Virus record (IMG/VR): IMGVR_UViG_3300036799_000043
Coordinates: 47,055-111,054 of that record
Length of the DNA stretch: 64,000 nt
Reading direction: 5' to 3' (one strand)
Source of the DNA: a virus
Of this stretch, positions 21,729-31,110 are shown piece after piece. Position 1 is the first letter of the stretch. Each line of letters begins with the position of its first letter. Below the pieces are notes generated by a model. The model ran no database searches, was not told where the DNA came from, and saw nothing but the letters and a program-made list of their open reading frames with translations. Both the position numbers and the translations under genes were made by a program.

Positions 21729-23774
21729 TCAGTTCGCGATCAGATCGACCTCAGTCTCGACCTCGTGCTGCCACTTCGTGAGTGCCTTACGTCGATGCGC
21801 GTGCCAGAGCTTTGCATTTTCTCCAGGAGCTTCCCAGCGGCAGTCGCGCTCGACATTGACACAGCGTGGGTTTTCGCACATGTGCTCGACTGACAGTACC
21901 CGAGCTTTCATGAGCATCGCGACTTCGTTGAGATCGAGACCTTCCTTGACTGCGAGCAGCAGCGCGTAGACGAGCCATTGACGCCCCATATACGTACAGC
22001 GTGGACGACCGTTGCTGCCCTCCTGACTGAGTGAGTAGCTTGTCTCTGTACAGCCGTTGATACCGTACGGCCAGACGTGTCGTTTCCAGATCGCTAGTAG
22101 CTGCTCTGCGTCTCGTTGATCCGCACGTAGTCGACTACCTGTGATCCACTCTGGCATCGCTACAGGACCCGCTACAGGTAGCTTGTGTTCGACGATGGAT
22201 AGCGTCGCTTCGTCCTCTTCCAGGAACTTCTCCGCGTCTGCATCAAAAACCTCTGCATCCAACTCATCGCTGTACTGTTGCAGCGGTGCGAGTGCAGCCC
22301 GCTCTTGTGGTGCAGCGGCTTCGTCGTCGTCTAAGCCGCCCTCTATTCTCGGCGCTACTCTGACGTGCTCTCTGTGTACAGCAGCGCGAGTGATGTACGG
22401 CGCGAGGGATACGGCTTGCACGCCGGGTCTGCCTGCGACTAAGTAACCCTCTAACTGATCGAGCGTCACGTTGAGTACAAGCTCGCTCGCGCGCACTGCG
22501 AGTCCGGGTAAGTCTTTGAGAATATCCTCGCACCATTGACGACTTTGACGCGCGAGTGGACCGAGTCCCATGATGAGTGAAACCGCAGCGTTCGCTTGCA
22601 GCACAGTGCCCAAGTCTTGCGGGTCTTGCGACAGATACAGAATGCGCCAACCGCGGGCGCGCATCGAGCGAAAAAGGTCGTCCATCTCTGTGCGTCGAGT
22701 CTTGAGAAACGCCGCTTCCTCGAGGACGAGAATGACATCGTGCACGACTTCGGCTGCACGCTTGCACTGCACAATACCCGCGACACCGATCAACGGTGTC
22801 AGCTTTGGATTCGTGTAGCTGTTGCCGCTAAGGTGAATGATGACGGGCTCGTCACGGCTAAGCTCTGACACGAGATCGAAGTCATTGCCGAGTGATTCTG
22901 AGCACACACGCGACAGCGACTTGAGTCGGCGCAGCCACGTCTTTCTCGCGAGCGCTGGGACTTCTTCGTCCTCTTCCATGATGCGCTGACAGCGAGCGAT
23001 CATGTCTGGCCACGTGCGCTGTCTGTTCGCGCTGTCAATCTCCTCAAGCGCTTGAGAGATAGCGTCGCTCATCAACTGCGAGAAGAAGCCGGTACTTCCG
23101 GGTGACTCCGGCCAGATCGTCGGGATTGCTTCGGCGATCATCTCGCGATCACCGTCGAGCACGTTCCAGCCCAATCCCATACGAATGCGCCAGCGCAGCA
23201 CGCGCATGCCCATGTCTTCGGCTTCGTTCGTTGCTTCCTCAATCGGGTCGCTGCGATCAAAGCTCAGCACAACGACTTTGCGGCGCTTCCAGAAGCCAAG
23301 CGAGCGCATGATCCGCATCTTGAGTCCGATAGTTGGCTGCAAAATCATCGACACGACTGCGGTGCTCTTGCCGCTACCAGAGCCACCGACGATGAGTGCG
23401 TGCGTCTGATCGAGATACGTCATGACGCCGCCGACGTACCAGTACCAGGGCTGCACGAAAAAGTTACGCCGCCACGATGCGAAGCGTCGATGCCAGGGTT
23501 GTCGTCTGACGCGTATTGGGCGAACTTCCTTGGCGAGTTTCGATGTCACTGCAAAAGACATTCGCACTCGATTGATGACGAGCGCGAGCATGAGCCACAG
23601 CACGCCGAAGACGATGACGAAGCCAGCCCATGCGTCGACGCCAAGGTCTGCGAGATGCGTCAGGTCTTGATTCTGCCACGCGTCTTTGAGCGCGTCGACT
23701 GTCGGGCTTAGCTGCGACAGCGTGTCTGGTAGCTGTCGCAGCCCAGGCGCGATCTGATCGAGCCAGTCGCGCAT
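21729..23774 (-). CDS. VirD4/TraD-like type IV coupling ATPase with C-terminal HNH/His-Me-finger-like domain
   Basis: N-terminal TM; Walker A GGSGSGKS; Walker B ILVLEEA; RARGWRILYLSQDPQDL; C-terminal VEHMCENPRCVN..EN. Confidence 0.8.
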   Translation of the reverse strand: MRDWLDQIAPGLRQLPDTLSQLSPTVDALKDAWQNQDLTHLADLGVDAWAGFVIVFGVLWLMLALVINRVRMSFAVTSKLAKEVRPIRVRRQPWHRRFASWRRNFFVQPWYWYVGGVMTYLDQTHALIVGGSGSGKSTAVVSMILQPTIGLKMRIMRSLGFWKRRKVVVLSFDRSDPIEEATNEAEDMGMRVLRWRIRMGLGWNVLDGDREMIAEAIPTIWPESPGSTGFFSQLMSDAISQALEEIDSANRQRTWPDMIARCQRIMEEDEEVPALARKTWLRRLKSLSRVCSESLGNDFDLVSELSRDEPVIIHLSGNSYTNPKLTPLIGVAGIVQCKRAAEVVHDVILVLEEAAFLKTRRTEMDDLFRSMRARGWRILYLSQDPQDLGTVLQANAAVSLIMGLGPLARQSRQWCEDILKDLPGLAVRASELVLNVTLDQLEGYLVAGRPGVQAVSLAPYITRAAVHREHVRVAPRIEGGLDDDEAAAPQERAALAPLQQYSDELDAEVFDADAEKFLEEDEATLSIVEHKLPVAGPVAMPEWITGSRLRADQRDAEQLLAIWKRHVWPYGINGCTETSYSLSQEGSNGRPRCTYMGRQWLVYALLLAVKEGLDLNEVAMLMKARVLSVEHMCENPRCVNVERDCRWEAPGENAKLWHAHRRKALTKWQHEVETEVDLIAN

Positions 23775-23775
23775 G

Positions 23776-24368
23776 TCAGACCCACGTGAAGATCAGCGCG
23801 ACAGCATCAGCGAGCAACGAAAACGTGCCGCTGATAAGCCGACCGATCAGACTGAGCGTCATGCGCGGTGAGAAGATCAAGCCAGCGACAAGTACTGCCG
23901 CGATGCCGATCAGAGTGATTGTCTGCTCCATACTGCCACCTCCTTTCAACGTAGATGCCATTACTCTACAGCATCCATTGGCTCGTGCAGAGTAGGCAGA
24001 TCGGGACCATGCCTGAATAGCCCTCTAGCAAGGCCGTAACGCACTGCGCGCTCGACAAGCACTGCTAGCGAGTACGCGGCGAAGTACAGCAGCAGAGCGG
24101 CGGCGACGAGCGCTCCCACCGCAACCTGCTGCGTTAGCTCGACAACGTGTGGGTCTGCGTTGATTGTCGGTGAGCCGTACATCGCTCGCCAGAGAACTGG
24201 GAACTGTGTCGGCAGTAGCGTCGTGAGCAGCGCGCAGATGATGACGTGTCTCGCCATTTTCGTGCGATTGAACTTGAATATAGCGGTGATGAGTAAGCCG
24301 GCTGACAGCCAGACGGCGACACCAAACACGAACCAATCGAGAAAATATGCCGAGTCAGACTTGAGCAT
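23776..24368 (-). other. Two small membrane proteins of the tra-like operon (23776-23961; 23961-24368)
   Basis: Hydrophobic TM segments, coupled to flanking genes. Confidence 0.65.
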
Positions 24369-26629
24369 CAGGCAGCCACCATTTCAACGCGACGCGCGCG
24401 TTTTTCGTCTGGGTCTGTCGTGTACAGCGTTTGCTCCTCGGGGCACGCTTCAATTTTGAAGCTGACGACTCGTCGACCAATGCGCATGACCGCGTTGCGT
24501 ACACGAGCGGCGTCAGTGTCCCCAGGGTTCGGCTGGAATTTCATGACCTCAGCGCTCGCAGCGTCTCCCAACTGCAGCGCAGCAACGATGCTCGCGACTT
24601 CGTTCGGTGCCTGCGCGAGCACGATGAGCACTGGCGACATGCTGATTGCCTTGCGCGTTTGTTCGTTCTTGAGAAAGTCCCAGGCTTCTTGCGACGCGAA
24701 GACGCCAACAATGTTCGCGTTACGCCCTTGCGTCGCGACGCGCTCGATAAAGTCGCGTCCCGCGTGTGTCTTGGCGAGTACGTTCGCCTCGTCACAGCCG
24801 AAGATACGTGGTGTCAGTGAGTCAAGCTGTCGCGCCCACTCGTACTCAGCGATATACGCGAGCGCTTCTGCCTGCTGCTGCTGATTGAGACTTGCCAAGT
24901 TGTAGCAAATAGCGTCACTCTCGACGTATGGGATGTCCAGCGGGTCAGTGACGACGATGTAGTCTCCGCCGCATGCGCGCATTAGCGGCCAATAGTCGCC
25001 GTGCTTTCTCTCGCTCAGATGCGGCTTGAGATCGATCAGCGTGAACGGCAGCCCAGAGCGCACGATGAGCATCTGGATTAGAAACGTCTTGCCAGCGCCA
25101 GTCGCGCCCAGCATCGCGATCATCTTTGCGTATAGCGCTTTGTCTTCGATGTCGAGCATGACGACTTCTTGTGCGCCGCGCGCAGTGCCGAGCACGAAGC
25201 CGTTATTGCGCAGGCCAGACTGCCCGAATGGATGCACTGCAGCAACAGTCTCGCCGAGGTATGGTCGTGTCGGTCCCAATGGCGGTAAGCCGCCGATCGG
25301 CAGCGTTGCCCAGCGCCCCTGCATGTGCTCGAAGGTTGCTTCGCGAAAGATCGCATTTGCTTTGCGTAGACGGTTCTTGACACGCGGTGCGAACGCTTTT
25401 GGCATTGTCAGCGCGAGTGTCACGCGCTGCACGCTGTCCTCGTTGCGCTTGAGCTTCGCCTCGACGTACTGCAGATCAGCGAGCGCGTCGCGATGCTCTG
25501 TTGCTGCGGTTGGAAGCATGCACGCGCCTTCAAACCACTCCATGATCTTCGTCACCCACGCTGCGTCGTCAGGCTCGAAGAACAGACCAATATCAACTGG
25601 CAGTCCAGACACGATGTACATGATCCACGCGACGACGACGTTACGTGGAAAGTAGCGCACGACGATTGTCACCCAGTCCGTGTTGTCGATACCAAAGCTC
25701 GTCGTCGAGTGCGGGAAGTACTTACGTGTGCCGAGCACGCTGTCGAGAATGTCGTGCATCTCGTCGAGCTTCGTTTCGCGCACTTGCAGTCCAGCGTCAG
25801 TCAGCGCGCCAGTCACATCGCGCACGTGCTCGACGAGCTTGTCAGCAGACGGTGCTGAGCACACGACGACGATTCGGCGACGAGTGAGCGCTACTGCACG
25901 CTGACGCATCCAGCGCTCGATAGCAGCGCGCAGAAACGCGAAGCGACTGCCTACTGGAGGCATTGTGTGCTCGACGAGCCAGTCAGGGTCTTCTGGTCGA
26001 CACTGCGCGACGATCTGCACTGGGTACGTTGTCGCCTTGATACCAGCAGTAAAGCCTGCCCAGCGTGACGCTCTGTCGCTGTCGGTCATAAGCTCGATAG
26101 CGCCTTGTGCGTCGACTGGAATCATCATGCGGTGCGGTACATGATGCTCCCAGTACGTAGTCTTCCAGGGCGTGTGCTGCATGATGCGCCAGAACGGTGG
26201 TTCGCGTACGAACGTGAGCGACTCGCCCTGCAGTCGCATGCGCAGCATCTTCTCCGCATCGACTGGGAAATAGGTCGCACCGCGTGGGTCGTCGTACACG
26301 TCATACACGGCGTCGCTGCGTAGAAACCAGTGCTTGAGCGCAACGAACAGCCATAGGTGCATCCAGCGACCGCCGGGATGCACGATCACGAACGACATGC
26401 CGAGTGTCAGCACAACGACACGCGCGAGCATCATTGGCGAGATCAGCGTGCCCTCCTGAAACGGCGTATCGTCGAGATGTATCCAATTGTCGAGGCCGAA
26501 CGTCAGCCCGACAGTCAACAGGGTGGCAGCTACCTGCCACCCTGTTGCATCGAACGGTTTGCGAAGCGGTATCCAGGGCGGGTCGTCACCGAGACGCACT
26601 GGAACATAGCACTCATCGGCGCGCATCAT
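24368..26629 (-). CDS. PrgI-like membrane domain fused to VirB4/TraC-like ATPase
   Basis: Two N-terminal TMs followed by PGGRWMHLW; Walker A GATGAGKT; Walker B IFGCDEAN; GRNANIVGVFASQ. Confidence 0.8.
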   Translation of the reverse strand: MMRADECYVPVRLGDDPPWIPLRKPFDATGWQVAATLLTVGLTFGLDNWIHLDDTPFQEGTLISPMMLARVVVLTLGMSFVIVHPGGRWMHLWLFVALKHWFLRSDAVYDVYDDPRGATYFPVDAEKMLRMRLQGESLTFVREPPFWRIMQHTPWKTTYWEHHVPHRMMIPVDAQGAIELMTDSDRASRWAGFTAGIKATTYPVQIVAQCRPEDPDWLVEHTMPPVGSRFAFLRAAIERWMRQRAVALTRRRIVVVCSAPSADKLVEHVRDVTGALTDAGLQVRETKLDEMHDILDSVLGTRKYFPHSTTSFGIDNTDWVTIVVRYFPRNVVVAWIMYIVSGLPVDIGLFFEPDDAAWVTKIMEWFEGACMLPTAATEHRDALADLQYVEAKLKRNEDSVQRVTLALTMPKAFAPRVKNRLRKANAIFREATFEHMQGRWATLPIGGLPPLGPTRPYLGETVAAVHPFGQSGLRNNGFVLGTARGAQEVVMLDIEDKALYAKMIAMLGATGAGKTFLIQMLIVRSGLPFTLIDLKPHLSERKHGDYWPLMRACGGDYIVVTDPLDIPYVESDAICYNLASLNQQQQAEALAYIAEYEWARQLDSLTPRIFGCDEANVLAKTHAGRDFIERVATQGRNANIVGVFASQEAWDFLKNEQTRKAISMSPVLIVLAQAPNEVASIVAALQLGDAASAEVMKFQPNPGDTDAARVRNAVMRIGRRVVSFKIEACPEEQTLYTTDPDEKRARRVEMVAA

Positions 26630-26630
26630 G

Positions 26631-26879
26631 TCAGTGCGGCATCGAGACGGTCTGTACGCCGCCGACAGCTTTGAGTAGCAGATTGAACACGTCGTTTGGA
26701 CGCACGATGAAAATCAGCGCGAGCACAAGGCTACCGATCTCCGTCAGCGCGAAGGCGAAGCCCTTGGCGCCGCCCGTTGCGACTTTGTAGCCGAGCAGCA
26801 GCAGCATGACGACGATGATGGCAATGCCGACAAGCTGCAGTGTTCCGGCAAAATTGATAACGGCACTTTCTGGTTGCAT
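26631..26879 (-). CDS. VirB2/TrbC-like pilin-type membrane protein
   Basis: 82 aa, two TM helices, directly upstream of the VirB4-like gene; SD GGAG. Confidence 0.6.
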   Translation of the reverse strand: MQPESAVINFAGTLQLVGIAIIVVMLLLLGYKVATGGAKGFAFALTEIGSLVLALIFIVRPNDVFNLLLKAVGGVQTVSMPH

Positions 26880-26937
26880 CGTTTGTTATCTCCAGAACGC
26901 TCGTACGAGCAGGGCGAATGTAGACGCGAAGTACCTC

Positions 26938-27264
26938 CTACTCCTCATTGGGAATTTCAGCGCTGACATCGCAGCGCTCGTCGTTTGCGAAGCACGGCGT
27001 ATCGCTCATCTTTGCGAGCACGTGCACAGTGCATTGCGGTGTGTCGTCGTCGATAGGCGTCAGCACGACCCAATTAGGGTCGTCAGAGAGCCACACCGTG
27101 ACGTTTTCGTACGTCGTGAAGTCAGCGCAGCCGCCCGGCGCCTCAGCGCGATAGCGACCGTCAGTCAGCGCTAGACCAAAGCGCGTTGCGTCGACCGTGT
27201 CGGGCGTCGTGTAGCCCGTAGTCGGGAACAAGCTCTGCGCGAGTAGCAGTAAGGCGAAGATCAT
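26938..27264 (-). CDS. Small secreted Cys-containing protein
   Basis: Short signal-like N-terminus, four Cys. Confidence 0.6.
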   Translation of the reverse strand: MIFALLLLAQSLFPTTGYTTPDTVDATRFGLALTDGRYRAEAPGGCADFTTYENVTVWLSDDPNWVVLTPIDDDTPQCTVHVLAKMSDTPCFANDERCDVSAEIPNEE

Positions 27265-28253
27265 GGGCGTGCGAAGCGTGGGTTATGACTCGCGTAGAAA
27301 CCAGTGAAAATGTCGTTGATCTGCACGTGCGTACCTCCTGCATCGATCATTTTTCCGTTTCCAATGTACATACCTTCGTGAGTCGGATTGGCACCGCAGT
27401 CAGTGCACGTGTTGTCGAAAAATACGATATCGCCAGGTACGATCTGCTCGCGCGTGAGTGGCGTTGCCCAGAGAATCTGCTGTGTCGTCACACGTGGTGC
27501 GCTGATGTGCTCGTGAGCAAGCACGTTCTGCACGAAGCACGAGCAGTCGATGCCGTTACGTGAGCAGCCACCGAACAGATACGGCACGCCCAGCCACGAC
27601 GCTGCGTAGTCGAGCGCGTCGGCGAACCACGCGTTTGGATGCGCCTGTGCGACAGCGAGTGCGGCTTGTGACATGAACGCGAGATACGCGCCAGTGTGAT
27701 TCGGCCCACACGACACCGCGTACGTGAACCACGGGCAAAAGCCATGCTGCGCGAGCACAAATGCCGCATGCGCGTTGACTGCCGGAGTCTTGAGCGCGTC
27801 GACGCCACCGAACTGGGCTGCGTTGCGGTCGTTTATTTGCCATAGGCCAGTGTCGACACTCCCGTCGTTATTGTGGTGTTGCAGCGCGGGATCGCCGTCG
27901 TGATTCTCAGCGAGTGAGACTGCGACAGCTTCAATCAGTGCGTCACCAGTGAAGCCAGCTTGCTCCGCGAGCACAGCGCGCTCGACGACACTGGTGATGC
28001 CTGATGAGCCTGCAGCGATCACGACGGGATTGCCATTGATCGCGACATCGTTGCCTGTGCGCGTGACAAATTGCGGCCCAAACTGCGAAGCAGCCCACCA
28101 CTGGCCCCACGGCTGAGCGAATATCGATTGCGTCACACCAGCCGTCTCGACGAAGACGAAGCAGGCAATACCAGCGAGCAGATACAGCGCGTAACGCACG
28201 ATCTCATCGCCAAAGAAGAACGCGACGACAGAGCGAACAGCGGCGAGCATCAA
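27261..28253 (-). CDS. Bifunctional cell-wall hydrolase (lysozyme/SLT-like + NlpC/P60), CwlT-like
   Basis: AVSLAEN...DTGLWQIN; WLGVPYLFGG...GIDCS, HEGMYIGNG. Confidence 0.88.
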   Translation of the reverse strand: MMLAAVRSVVAFFFGDEIVRYALYLLAGIACFVFVETAGVTQSIFAQPWGQWWAASQFGPQFVTRTGNDVAINGNPVVIAAGSSGITSVVERAVLAEQAGFTGDALIEAVAVSLAENHDGDPALQHHNNDGSVDTGLWQINDRNAAQFGGVDALKTPAVNAHAAFVLAQHGFCPWFTYAVSCGPNHTGAYLAFMSQAALAVAQAHPNAWFADALDYAASWLGVPYLFGGCSRNGIDCSCFVQNVLAHEHISAPRVTTQQILWATPLTREQIVPGDIVFFDNTCTDCGANPTHEGMYIGNGKMIDAGGTHVQINDIFTGFYASHNPRFARP

Positions 28254-29473
28254 GCGGCTCCGTAGGCGGGTCTGTACGGGCGATTCGTTGCGGCAGAGCC
28301 AATACCAGTACCGTTGTAGCTACCCATCTGCTGTATCGGGTTGTGCGTTACGCCAGACGCAACTGCGCCTCCTGTCGTGCGAAACGAATTGACGCCCTGC
28401 TGAGCACGTCGAAACAGGAACATAAGTCCAGCTAGCCCGAACATGCTGCCAGCGCCGAGTCCCATCGGAGCGAAGATCGTCACGGCTTTGATCGCCATGA
28501 ACAGCACAGCGAGCTTGACGAGCACGGTCGCACCACTGTCAACGCCGTTGAAAAAGGTAAGTACGCTCGACGCGATGCTCAGACAGATGACGACGATTGG
28601 CTGGCCGAACAGCCAACCGAAGAACGAACGAAAGAGCAGCACGCCGTAGCTGCGCGTGACAGAGAACGCGAACAGCACACCTGAGATTGGCATGACTGTC
28701 GTCGTCAGAATCAACACGCCATCGCGCACGATCATCTTGACTTCGAGGATGAGCAGCACAATGGCGTAAATGAGACTCGTCAGCATACTTGAGAAGAACG
28801 TTGCGGGCACGCCGATGATGCCAGGGGGGCCCTCAGGCTGAGTGACACCTGGAATCTGCGGCTGAGGCGGCATCGTCAGTGAGTCCGCAGAGAACGTCAT
28901 GAGCGATGGATCGCCAAACTGAGCGCTGAGCGCGTTGCAGATGTCGACGCTGTGTATCGCGATGCTGTCGCTAAACATTGCGATGAGAAAGCCAACAACC
29001 ATGATTGGTAACAACTGCTGCATAGAAGTCGTACCCATCAGATTGCCAAACGCAAGCTGCACACCGACGTACACGATGCCGAGCAGAAACAGTGACAGGG
29101 CGACGAGACGCGCGACACCTCTGAGCTTTGCTGCGGTGTCGACGTTGATGAGATTCCACGGCGTGTTCGTGAAAATGTTCGGCCCTTTGAGCATCGCAGA
29201 CGCCATGTTGACGGGTACGCTCGCGTGATCGAACTCAGTATTTGCGACGAGAAAGTCCATCATGCCGACTGTTGCTTTGGGATCAGGCGATGGCGGTGTG
29301 ATGTTGACTGTCACGTTCGCGGGTGCAGACGGCGCCGGGTTTTGCACGATTGGATTGCCCGATCCAGGTGCAGGAATCGGCACGGGTTCGATGCCTGCTG
29401 GCGCAGCATTTGCAATAAGAGTCGTCAGAGTAAACGCGCAGATTGCAAGTGGCAATGCCATTCGACATTTCAT
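28250..29473 (-). CDS. VirB6/TrbL-like polytopic membrane protein (start probably ATG 29473)
   Basis: Signal-like N-terminus, Pro-rich region, 5-6 TMs, Gly-rich tail; first gene of the operon. Confidence 0.72.
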   Translation of the reverse strand: MKCRMALPLAICAFTLTTLIANAAPAGIEPVPIPAPGSGNPIVQNPAPSAPANVTVNITPPSPDPKATVGMMDFLVANTEFDHASVPVNMASAMLKGPNIFTNTPWNLINVDTAAKLRGVARLVALSLFLLGIVYVGVQLAFGNLMGTTSMQQLLPIMVVGFLIAMFSDSIAIHSVDICNALSAQFGDPSLMTFSADSLTMPPQPQIPGVTQPEGPPGIIGVPATFFSSMLTSLIYAIVLLILEVKMIVRDGVLILTTTVMPISGVLFAFSVTRSYGVLLFRSFFGWLFGQPIVVICLSIASSVLTFFNGVDSGATVLVKLAVLFMAIKAVTIFAPMGLGAGSMFGLAGLMFLFRRAQQGVNSFRTTGGAVASGVTHNPIQQMGSYNGTGIGSAATNRPYRPAYGAA

Positions 29474-29548
29474 GGTCGAGAAGTGTACACGCCGATGCGC
29501 CGTATTACTACGCAAACATCGGCAATACACACGTGTTACTCTCGCGGC

Positions 29549-29731
29549 GTGACGAGTGGCGATGGACTGCTGACCGTGCATGAGGTTGCTCAGCGCTTGA
29601 GAACGTCAGACGAGACAATCAGACGTTGGCTACGTAAGCGGCGTATACGCGGGACGAAGTTGTCGGCCAGAGGTAGATCAGGCTGGCGTGTGACAGAAAG
29701 CGAGCTACGACGAGTGCTAAGCTCTGACTGA
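29549..29731 (+). CDS. Excisionase-like (HTH_17/MerR-type) DNA-binding protein
   Basis: LLTVHEVAQRLRTSDETIRRWLRKRRIRGTK..GWRV; GTG 6 nt after extended -10 TG-T-TACTCT. Confidence 0.82.
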   Translation: MTSGDGLLTVHEVAQRLRTSDETIRRWLRKRRIRGTKLSARGRSGWRVTESELRRVLSSD

Positions 29732-29777
29732 CTGTCGAGGGGGTGAGCCACATGTGAGCGCATGCTGAGCAGTTTGC

Positions 29778-29856
29778 AACGACACTGCGCTAGCGACTCA
29801 ATCGCCCTCTAGGCATGCGGTGTGACGAGTCCACTTCGGTCAAGCGCAGTGTCGTT
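29778..29856. repeat. Perfect 14-bp inverted repeat enclosing nested stems
   Basis: AACGACACTGCGCT ... AGCGCAGTGTCGTT. Confidence 0.8.
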
Positions 29857-29860
29857 TTAG

Positions 29861-29910
29861 GTCACAAAAGTGGCGAAAGTATTGCGCTCTAGTATTCAGT
29901 CGTGCATACT
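29861..29910 (+). promoter_or_regulatory. Promoter/operator copy P11
   Basis: GTCACA, TTGCGC(29882)-17-CATACT; ATG at 29920. Confidence 0.85.
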
Positions 29911-30295
29911 GAGAGAGTCATGAGCACAGCACGCGACAAAGCCCGCGCAGAACTCGCAGAGTATCTCAAGGGCAGCAAGCACGAGATCGCCAATCCTCTC
30001 GCAGAGCCAACACTCGAACAGCGCGCGATGCGCGCACAGTCGATGCTCAGTTTCGTGTCAGGCGTTGCAGTGCGCTTCGCAAGCAACGTCGACACGACAG
30101 ATCGCTACACGCGCTCGCTCGTCGAGCGCACTGAGCGCGACATTCGCGACATCCGCGATCTGTACAAGAGCGAGCTTGGCGAGTGCCGACGCTGCAAGCA
30201 TGCACTCGTCGGCGAGATCGTCGAGATTGTGTCTGGCGTGACTGCAAGTCGTTTCTACGCGCATCTCGATTGCGTCGAAGACGGCGACGAGCTTG

Positions 30296-30356
30296 CGTAA
30301 CAGATGTCACAACACTGGCTAAATGCTTGCGATTGCGCTCTACAGTGCTGTATATT
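30296..30356 (+). promoter_or_regulatory. Promoter/operator copy P12 with upstream CGTAA-N6-TCACA
   Basis: TTGCGA(30327)-18-TATATT; ATG at 30366. Confidence 0.82.
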
Positions 30357-31051
30357 GAAAGAGTCATGAACACGACAGCAGCGACGACGACGAAGCTCGG
30401 CAGCGACATTCGCAGCGGCGACATTCTCGTAAACAACTGGAACTCAGATCGACTGCCAGTCTCGATTGTGAAGTCGAGCGAATCACTGCAGATCAAGGGC
30501 GTCGTCGCTGTCGCGGGCATTGCGACGCATGCACAGCGCATGTACATCTGGGCTGCTCGCGAATACACAGTACTCGCCAAGTAACACACGACAGGAGACA
30601 CTCTCTGATGACTTTTAGCATTGACCAATTCACGTACAGCAGCGAACGTCGCATGCTCGTTGCCGAAGCGAGCGACCTTCGACTCAGCAGCACTCCTCGC
30701 GAATTCGATGTAGTCGGCCGCACTCGCACTGTGCGCTTTGTGCTCACCGGCCAGAACTACGATGCACAAGGCGACGATACTGTCGCTTGGATCTACTCGA
30801 CGTACGACAACGTGCGACACACTGTCAGCGTGCACATTCTCAATGACTGACATAGATTTCAGCCAGTGGACAACTGCGCAGCTTCGTGCTGCTGAGCACC
30901 TCGCCAAGTCGTCAGCACACGGCGCAGCACTGCTCGCAGAGATCAAACGACGCGAAGTAGCGGGCACGCTCGACGACGGCTCTGAGCAGCGTGTACGCGA
31001 CTTTCTGCAGCGCAACAGACGCAGACGCGTCAGTCGCGAGCGCTAAGTACG

Positions 31052-31080
31052 AAAGCTCCCGCAAGGGAGCTTTTTTTGTT
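31052..31080 (+). terminator. Intrinsic terminator
   Basis: AAAGCTCCC-GCAA-GGGAGCTTTTTTT. Confidence 0.9.
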
Positions 31081-31090
31081 GCTCGTCGAG

Positions 31091-31110
31091 CAGCTACAGT
31101 CGTGTATACT
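31091..31110 (+). promoter_or_regulatory. Degenerate promoter/operator copy P13
   Basis: TACAGTCGTGTATACT; ATG 7 nt downstream; poor -35. Confidence 0.6.

Noticed and set aside
30047-31015. Long minus-strand ORF (322 aa) and many similar antisense ORFs in the track
   Set aside because: Shadow ORFs of GC-rich plus-strand genes; they span promoter elements and lack motifs.
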